A DNA stretch of 64,000 bases from a bacterium (lineage in GTDB: Bacteria; UBA8248; JACPRG01; G963555815): the NCBI GenBank assembly GCA_965218795.1, contig OZ244653.1:5088001-5152000 (forward strand), written 5' to 3'. The notes beneath the pieces were generated by a model. That model was not told where the DNA came from and did not search any database. It saw nothing but the letters and a program-made list of their open reading frames with translations. This document shows positions 57,372 to 64,000 of the stretch, in pieces (the first letter of the stretch is position 1; every line of letters starts with the position of its first letter). The translations under genes and the position numbers were made by a program.

Positions 57372-58391
57372 ACGATCAGCCGCAATCCGAAACTGTATCC
57401 CGGAAAACTGCCGCAGGAGGTGCTCGCCCGTATCCTCGCGGATGAGCCCGTTCGCGATCCCCGTGTGATTGCCGGGCCCGCCGTGGGCTGGGATGCGTCG
57501 GTCCTGGACTTCGGCGACCGATATCTCATCGCCAAGACCGACCCCATCACCTACGCCACGGACGAGATCGGATGGTTCGCCGTTCACGTGAACGCCAACG
57601 ACATCGCGTGCATGGGGGGAACGCCCCGTTGGTTTCTGGCCTCCCTCCTGATGCCCGGGGAGTCCTCTGATGAGGCCCTGGCGGAGCGGATTTTTTCCGA
57701 TATCCGCAAGGGATGCGCCGAAGCCGGAATCAGCCTGGTCGGCGGGCACACGGAGATCACCCCGGAGCTGTCCCGCCCCGTCGTGGCCGGTGTCATGCTG
57801 GGGGAGGCGGAGCCGGATCGACTCATCACGCCGGAGGGAGGGCAGGCCGGAGACGTCCTGGTCCTGACGAAGGGAATTCCGCTGGAGGCCGTCTCCATCA
57901 TGGCCCGCGAGAAAAGGGGGGACTTGGTGAAGGCGTTCGGGGAGGAGCGGGTCGAGGCCGCGGCCCGGTTTCTCCATGAGCCGGGCATCAGCGTGGTCAA
58001 AGACGCGAAAATTGCATGCGAGACCGTTTCCGTCCACGCTATGCACGACCCTACGGAAGGCGGCTTGGCCACGGCGGTCAACGAGCTTTCACAGGCAACG
58101 GGCCTGGGCGTCCGGATCGACGGCGAGGCGATTCCGGTCCTGGAGGAAGGACGGCTCTTCTGCGCCCATTTCGGCATGGACCCGCTGGGATCCTTTGCCT
58201 CGGGAGCATTGCTGATCTGTGTCGACCCGTCCGAGGCCGACCGGCTCCTCGCCGCCTTGAGGGATGGAGGGGTGTCCGCGGAAGCCATCGGGGAGATGAC
58301 GGCCGCGGGGGAGCGGGTCATGATCCGGAAGGAGGGGAGGGAAGAGCCCCTCCCCATTTTCAACATGGACGAGATCGGAAAGATCCTTTGA
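57372..58391 (+). CDS. AIR synthase / HypE-like family protein; start uncertain
   Basis: PGKLP, KTDPIT, NANDIA, GGHTE, MHDPTEGG, SGALL. Confidence 0.88.
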   Translation, partial: TISRNPKLYPGKLPQEVLARILADEPVRDPRVIAGPAVGWDASVLDFGDRYLIAKTDPITYATDEIGWFAVHVNANDIACMGGTPRWFLASLLMPGESSDEALAERIFSDIRKGCAEAGISLVGGHTEITPELSRPVVAGVMLGEAEPDRLITPEGGQAGDVLVLTKGIPLEAVSIMAREKRGDLVKAFGEERVEAAARFLHEPGISVVKDAKIACETVSVHAMHDPTEGGLATAVNELSQATGLGVRIDGEAIPVLEEGRLFCAHFGMDPLGSFASGALLICVDPSEADRLLAALRDGGVSAEAIGEMTAAGERVMIRKEGREEPLPIFNMDEIGKIL

Positions 58392-59026
58392 CCACGGAAC
58401 GGAGCGGGAAGGTGTCAGCGGGAGGATACGAAAGCGTCTTGTTTGACTTCGACGGCACCATCACCCGGCCTTTCTTCGACTGGCCGATCATGAAGGAAGA
58501 GATGGGCTTCGAGGAGGACCTCTCGATCCTGGACTATATGGCCGAAGCGGAGGAGCCGGAGCGCTCCCGTGTGGAGTCCGTCCTCAACCGGCACGAGGCG
58601 GCGGCGCGGGATGCGGCGGAGTTGGGAGAGGGCGTTCGTGCCATTCTGGATTACCTGAGCTCCCGATCGGTCCCCGTCGGGATTGTGACCAACAACTCGG
58701 CCGCCAACGTCAATCCGGTTCTGGAGCGGTTCGATCTGCAGTTTCGGGCCGTCGTGACGCGGGACATTGGCTGCTGGAAACCCGATCCCCGGCAGGTGAT
58801 AGAGGCATGTAAGGCGATTGGCGATTCGCCTTCTCGGGTGATCCTGATTGGGGACGGACGGTATGACATGCTGGCCGGCCGGGCGGCGGGCACCCACACG
58901 ATCGGACTCCTGAACGGTCCGTGGAAGCGAGAGGAGTTCGCAGCGTTGTGCGACCATACCGTTGATTCGCTGATCGAGGCAATCCCGATCCTCGATCAAC
59001 TCATCCAACGGCCTCGGAGGATGTAG
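58388..59026 (+). CDS. HAD-family hydrolase
   Basis: FDFDGT, VTNN, KPDP, IGD..YD...GRAAG; TTGA overlap. Confidence 0.92.
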   Translation: MTTERSGKVSAGGYESVLFDFDGTITRPFFDWPIMKEEMGFEEDLSILDYMAEAEEPERSRVESVLNRHEAAARDAAELGEGVRAILDYLSSRSVPVGIVTNNSAANVNPVLERFDLQFRAVVTRDIGCWKPDPRQVIEACKAIGDSPSRVILIGDGRYDMLAGRAAGTHTIGLLNGPWKREEFAALCDHTVDSLIEAIPILDQLIQRPRRM

Positions 59027-59193
59027 GTTCGAAGAGCCTCAACGTCCCCCATGAACAAGATGGCAAGAGAGCGGTGAGTCGATTCGGAAAAGGACGAGAC
59101 GGTGAAATAGAGAACGGCGACGAGCGGGAACAAAGCGATGAGGGTCCAATGTTTGAGCCCGCTTCGGGAGTGGGGGAGGGGGGAGGAATCCAT
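58996..59193 (-). pseudogene. N-terminal fragment of a TVP38/VTT-type membrane protein
   Basis: One TM helix then GDVEALRTYIL; truncated where it meets the HAD gene. Confidence 0.4.
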
Positions 59194-59336
59194 CGACCGT
59201 CCGGATCCATGGAGGGCTTGCCGTCAGCAGGCTGAATTGGACATCGGATCACTGCGAAATCGAGTGGACGTGATTTTCCCCGCCGTGGAAAATCCGAGGC
59301 CGTGAGCGGATCGGCAATCCGGCCCCGAGATGGTTC

Positions 59337-60443
59337 TCAAGGGACGACGCGGATGCGCCCCGGCTCTCCGTCTTCCAGCACCTTCCCGATCACGGCGGGC
59401 GTCGGCACACCGGCCTCCTTCATTTTTTGCACGAGCAAATCAGTCTTGGCGGCCTCGACTGCGATCAGAAGCGGACCGGACGTCTGGGCGTCGGTGAGGA
59501 CGGCGTACTCCGTGTCGCCGATGCCGTTTTCCAGCTGTACGAAGCCCCCGACCCAATGACGGTTGCGTTCTCCGCCTCCTTTCGTACCGGCAATCGCGTG
59601 GGGTTCGATTCCTTCGAACTTGGGCACCGCGTCGTAGGAGATCTCTACCATCACGCCGCTCGCCTCGGCCAGGTTATGCGCATGGCCCAGCAGACCGAAT
59701 CCGGTAATGTCCGTGCACGCTTCCACACCCACCTCGACCATCACCTCGCTGGCCTTCCGGTTGAGCGTCTTCATACCCACGACAGCCTCCTCGTAGACAT
59801 CGTCGCGAATATTCTTGCTGCCGTTCCCGCCGGTGAAGGCGCCGAGCATCCTTCCGAACCCCGTCCGGGTCTTCCGCGTATTCGTGATGATGCCGGTGCC
59901 GATCTTCTTGGTGAGGACCAGAGCGTCTCCCGGTTTGGCCCTCTGGTTGGTGACCATCTCCCTTGGATCCACGACGCCGGTGATGGCGATTCCGTACTTG
60001 GGCTCCGGATCATCCACGCTGTGGCCGCCGATGATCACGCCCCCCGCTTCAGCCATTTTTTCCGCGCCGCCGCGGAGGATATGTCCCAAAGGTTCCAGGC
60101 CGAGGTTGCACGGGTAGGACACGAGATTGAGCCCCGTCGCCACTTTGGCACCCATGGTGAAGCAATCGCTGATAGAATTCGCCGCCGCGATCGCCCCGAA
60201 GTCATAAGGGTCGTCCACGATGGGCGTGAAGAAGTCGACGGTCTGGACGATGGCCAGGTCTTCCCGGAGTTTGTACACACCGGTATCGTCGCCGGCATTC
60301 GTCCCGAACAGGATGTTGGGATCGGTAAAGCAGGGCAGCCCTTCCAGGGCCACTCGAAGGTCCTCAGGACCGAGCTTGCTCCCTCACCCGCCGGCTTTCA
60401 CGAGACTGGTCAGCAGGATTTTCTCTTCGCTGGCAGTAGGCAA
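59337..60443 (-). CDS. selD: Selenide, water dikinase with selenocysteine at codon 20
   Basis: GGAG + TTG 60443; MPTASEEKILLTSLVKAGG-U(TGA 60386-60384)-GSKLGP; DDTGVY, QTVDFFTP, GGHS, DITGFGLLGH, DAQTSG. Confidence 0.95.
60354..60386 (-). promoter_or_regulatory. Candidate bacterial SECIS element
   Basis: After the TGA: CTCG-GTCC-TGA-GGAC-CTT-CGAG hairpin with G in the apical loop. Confidence 0.7.
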
Positions 60444-60731
60444 CGAATTTTCTCCATTTCGTTGAAGGAGCCCGGCCGGAGATAATACTCAAACGGGCAT
60501 CCGGGGCGGACACGATGGTAGACCTGCAAAGCCCGATATGTCTCGTCGAATCCAATCTGTTGATGGCCTCGATCCCGAGGCCGTATTCATTTTTAATATA
60601 TCACGCCCCATTCGGCTTGTCTTTACCGATTTCCGCCTGGGAACGAGCAGTCGCCCGTCGGCTGAAAAAAGTTACAAAGAATGACGCAGATCATATTTTT
60701 GCTGTGGGGGCTTGAGCTATCTTCACGCATA

Positions 60732-60844
60732 GGGGAATAACTGTGAGGCCCCGGTAACAGCATCTTCGCGGGTGTCTCTCCCCCGACCGACTGCGGAAGC
60801 CGGGTGCCGGGCCGGGACACCCACAGCCTTCTCATTCCGCCCCC
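60732..60844. ncRNA. Candidate structured RNA between selD and the Mo-hydroxylase gene
   Basis: Nested complementarity GGAAT/ATTCC, CTGTG/CACAG, CCCGG/CCGGG plus alternative GGGTGTC/GACACCC; no family recognised. Confidence 0.35.
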
Positions 60845-61087
60845 ATCGATTGACTTCCCAATCCCCGACAAATATTTTCCGATTTTTCGATCGGGCGTCG
60901 AAAGGTTCGGAACCCCATCCCGTAAAGGCCGAATCCCAGCCTATCCCTCTTGAAAACACCTGTGATATCATCAGTTTCTTGGGAATACCTTATCACCGCC
61001 AAGTGGCCTCAATGTCATTAGATGGCGATAATGGACAATTGAATTCTCTTGATTTTGTGGGACGCAAAGGTGTCTCGGAGGATTGAA

Positions 61088-63364
61088 ATGAATCAGAAGA
61101 CAGCGCCCATCCAGAGGGCGGGTGATCATCGGACCGTTGGCCATCCCTTGGCGCGGTTGGACGGGTCAGAGAAGGCGCTGGGAACGGCCGCGTTTGGAGA
61201 CGACGTCTCGTTGCCCGGAGAACTGATCGGCCGGGTCTTGCGAAGCCCGGTTCCGCATGCGCGGATTGCTCGAATCGACGTGGAAGCCGCGCGGAAAATT
61301 CCGGGTGTCCACGCGGTGGTGACCGGCCGGGAAATTCCCGACGCGCTTTACGGGCCGATCATCAAAGACCGCCGGGCGCTGGCGCGCAAAAAGGTTCGTC
61401 ACGTGGGAGATCCCGTGGCGCTGGTGGCTGCGGAGGACGCGAATGCGGCGGATGCTGCGCTGGCCGCAATCTCCGTGGAGTACGAAGATCTTCCCGCCCT
61501 GCTTGATCCATTGAAGGCGCTGGCGGAAGAAGACATTTTGGTCCACGAGGAGATCGCCGAGTACGAAGGCCCTTCGATTTATGAGAGAAGGGGGAATATC
61601 TGCACGGTCCGTATCGATGAGCTCGGAGACCCCGATGGGGCGTGGGAGCAGGCCGAGATTGTCATCGAAAATGAGTTCGTCACCCACGAGGTTCACGCCG
61701 CGTACATCGAGCCCCATGCCGCACTGGCCTCGGTGGACCGGGCCGGGAAGGTCACGATCTGGACGACGACCCAGGGATCCTACGGCTGCCGGGATCAGAC
61801 GGCCCGGGTGATGGGACTGCCTCCGCACCGGGTTAATATCATCCCGACGGTGGTCGGTGGCGGTTTCGGAGCGAAGATGCCGGTCCTGATCGAGCCGCTG
61901 GCCGCGCTGCTCGCCAAGGCGGCCGGCCGGCCCGTGAAAATCCTCTACAGCCGGGAGGAGGATTTCGAGGGAAGCACCCCGCGCCATGCCACCATCATCC
62001 GCTCGAAGATTGGGGCCGACGGCAAGGGCAATCTGATCGTCCGCGAGGTCGAGTTTTACATGGACACCGGCGCATATGCGGAACTGGCCCCTAATATGGC
62101 CCAGACCCGCGCCCAGATGGCGGTCGGCCCGTACCGGATTCCCAACGCCAGGACCAGCATCTATGCCGTCTATACCAACAAGCCCAGCTGCGGCATCGTG
62201 CGTGCGCCCGGCGGCCCTCAGCTCACCTTCGCTACGGAAAGCCAGATGGATGAACTGGCCCGCCGGAGCGGTTCCGATCCATTCGAGATGAGGGAACGAA
62301 ATTCCCTGCGCCGCGGAGACGAGGGTCTGGAAGGGCGCCTCAATTTCACCATCAGTCTTCCCGAGACCCTCCGCAAGACGAAAGAGGCCTCCGGCATGCC
62401 CCCCAGCGGGGATGACGGTCGGCTTTACGGCCGAGGCGTTGCAAGCAGCTTCTGGAAGGGACCCGCGGGCGCCGCCAGTTGCAGCGTTCGGCTGGAAGAT
62501 GACGGTTCAGCCCATATTATCACCGGTTCCATCGACATCACGGGCTCCAGCACCTCGCTCGCCCAGGTGGTGGCGGAAGAGTTGGGCCTGGATTTGGATC
62601 GAGTCCACATCGTGACGGCGGACACCGATTCCGGATCGCTGACCCCAGGGAGCGGGGGCAGCCAGATTACACGGTCGCTGAGCACGTCCGCCCAGCAGGC
62701 TGCGTTGGCGGCGAAGCGGCAGATCCTGGAAGTGGCGGCCCAGAAGCTGGAAGCCCGGCTGGAGGACCTCGTCCTGGCCGACGGGCGTGTGACGGTGGCC
62801 TCATCCCCCGACGTCAGCATTCCACTGACGGATGTCTTGTCCGAGTCCAAAAAAGTTCGTGGACCCGTCTTCGGACACGGCGCTTCTCCCAACCTTCCCG
62901 CTGCGCCCATCTATGTGACGCAGGTCGCGGACGTTGCGGTGGACCCGGAAACGGGGGAGGTGGAGATCCTCCGGATGGTCTCGGCGCAGGACGTGGGGTT
63001 CGCCATCAATCCGATGAGCGTCGAGGGCCAGATCGAGGGGGGCGTTCTTCAGGGGGCCGGGTACGCGACGATGGAAGAAATGAAGTACGAAAACGGACGT
63101 ATGCTCAATCCCGATCTCGACGGCTACATCCTGCCGACGGCCCAAGACGCCTTCGACATCGTTCCCATCATGGTGGAGGAGCCAGCCCCCGAGGGCGCTT
63201 ACGGGGTCCGGGGGGTGGGTGAACCGCCCATCATCTGCACGCTGGCCGTCTTGTCCAACGCCGTGTTCGACGCCACCGGGGTGCGCGTGACTCAGCTTCC
63301 TCTGAGCCCTGAGCGGGTGCTGAAGGGTCTGCGCGAGAACGGAAAGGCGGAACGGGCTGTCTAA
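61088..63364 (+). CDS. Xanthine dehydrogenase-family molybdopterin-binding subunit
   Basis: LRSPVPHA, YIEPH, VGGGFGAK, RAPGGPQ, EGQIEGG, RGVGE. Confidence 0.93.
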   Translation: MNQKTAPIQRAGDHRTVGHPLARLDGSEKALGTAAFGDDVSLPGELIGRVLRSPVPHARIARIDVEAARKIPGVHAVVTGREIPDALYGPIIKDRRALARKKVRHVGDPVALVAAEDANAADAALAAISVEYEDLPALLDPLKALAEEDILVHEEIAEYEGPSIYERRGNICTVRIDELGDPDGAWEQAEIVIENEFVTHEVHAAYIEPHAALASVDRAGKVTIWTTTQGSYGCRDQTARVMGLPPHRVNIIPTVVGGGFGAKMPVLIEPLAALLAKAAGRPVKILYSREEDFEGSTPRHATIIRSKIGADGKGNLIVREVEFYMDTGAYAELAPNMAQTRAQMAVGPYRIPNARTSIYAVYTNKPSCGIVRAPGGPQLTFATESQMDELARRSGSDPFEMRERNSLRRGDEGLEGRLNFTISLPETLRKTKEASGMPPSGDDGRLYGRGVASSFWKGPAGAASCSVRLEDDGSAHIITGSIDITGSSTSLAQVVAEELGLDLDRVHIVTADTDSGSLTPGSGGSQITRSLSTSAQQAALAAKRQILEVAAQKLEARLEDLVLADGRVTVASSPDVSIPLTDVLSESKKVRGPVFGHGASPNLPAAPIYVTQVADVAVDPETGEVEILRMVSAQDVGFAINPMSVEGQIEGGVLQGAGYATMEEMKYENGRMLNPDLDGYILPTAQDAFDIVPIMVEEPAPEGAYGVRGVGEPPIICTLAVLSNAVFDATGVRVTQLPLSPERVLKGLRENGKAERAV

Positions 63365-63400
63365 CGGGCTAAACCGCTTGACCTGGAGGCTTCAGCTCGG

Positions 63401-64000
63401 ATGGCCGATACCCTGATCGAGGTGTTTGAACACAGTACGCGCGAATATGCGGACCGAATCGTCTCCGAACGGGAAGTGGAGAGGGCCGGGCTCCGGGCGT
63501 ATACCTACGGTGAGTTCGGAAGAAAAAGCCGGGGCGTCGCCGGGCAGCTTGTGGAACTCGGCATGCGGCCCGGAGACAAGGTTGGCGTCCTGTCGGACAA
63601 CCGGCCGGAGTGGGGGGTCGCCTTCTTCGGCGTCCTGCTGGCCGGCGGAATCGTTGTTCCTCTGGATATTCATCTGAAGGCGGCCGAGGTCGCCAACATC
63701 CTGGCCCGCTCGAAAGCGCGCGCCTGTGTGGCGGGCCAGGAGGCGCTGGACACACTGGAGGAGGCGCGCTCATCCGCTCCGGCTCTGGAGCACGTTCTTT
63801 CGATGGATGACCCGGGTTTCGGCCCGGAACGGGAGGACGCCCCCGAGGTTCCGCCGGCCGATCCGAACGGCGTGGCCGTGATTCCATTCTCATCGGGTAC
63901 GACCGGCGTCCCCAAAGGGGTCATGCTTTCGCATAAGAACCTGGTCAGCAACGTCGCCTCTGTTCTTGATCTCTGCATCTTTGGTACCGAAGCCACCCTG
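63401..64000 (+). CDS. AMP-binding long-chain acyl-CoA synthetase (5' part, runs off the window)
   Basis: Not in the ORF track; MADTLIEVF...GDKVGVLSDNRPEW...FSSGTTGVPKGVMLSHKN. Confidence 0.9.
   Translation, partial: MADTLIEVFEHSTREYADRIVSEREVERAGLRAYTYGEFGRKSRGVAGQLVELGMRPGDKVGVLSDNRPEWGVAFFGVLLAGGIVVPLDIHLKAAEVANILARSKARACVAGQEALDTLEEARSSAPALEHVLSMDDPGFGPEREDAPEVPPADPNGVAVIPFSSGTTGVPKGVMLSHKNLVSNVASVLDLCIFGTEATL

Noticed and set aside
60690-60847. Tiny minus-strand ORF with TGA and several Cys upstream of selD
   Set aside because: No RBS or recognisable homology; better explained by RNA structure or chance.
60991-61008. TATCACCGCCAAGTGG resembling a lambda operator
   Set aside because: Single imperfect match with no phage genes nearby; likely coincidence.

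Overview
GC-rich bacterial chromosome segment. Intact housekeeping genes: mazG, mutL, guaA, dnaE, glgC, lipB, exbB/exbD-like, tRNA-Val(CAC), queC, pyrK/pyrD-like and a selenocysteine-containing selD. Accessory regions are interleaved. (i) A lower-GC Dam-like methylase plus a frameshifted winged-helix/HNH nuclease directly behind mutL. (ii) A secreted ankyrin-repeat gene bracketed by IS remnants and palindromic GTCATTCC..GGAATCCA repeats. (iii) About 20 kb of catabolic genes (cyclic amidohydrolases, LLM oxidoreductases, nitrilase, CoA transferase, acyl-CoA dehydrogenase, HMG-CoA lyase, UbiD, Mo-hydroxylase), including an in-frame nitrilase-LLM read-through. (iv) A decayed defence locus in which IS630 joins the 5' half of an Mrr-like gene to the 3' end of an MmeI-type gene, followed by two further diverged copies of the same MmeI 3' end separated by cargo genes. 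Three genes lack a canonical start codon upstream of their conserved N-terminal motifs. Frameshifts are confined to accessory genes. No CRISPR array or rRNA was seen. All family assignments come from motif recognition by eye, not database searches.
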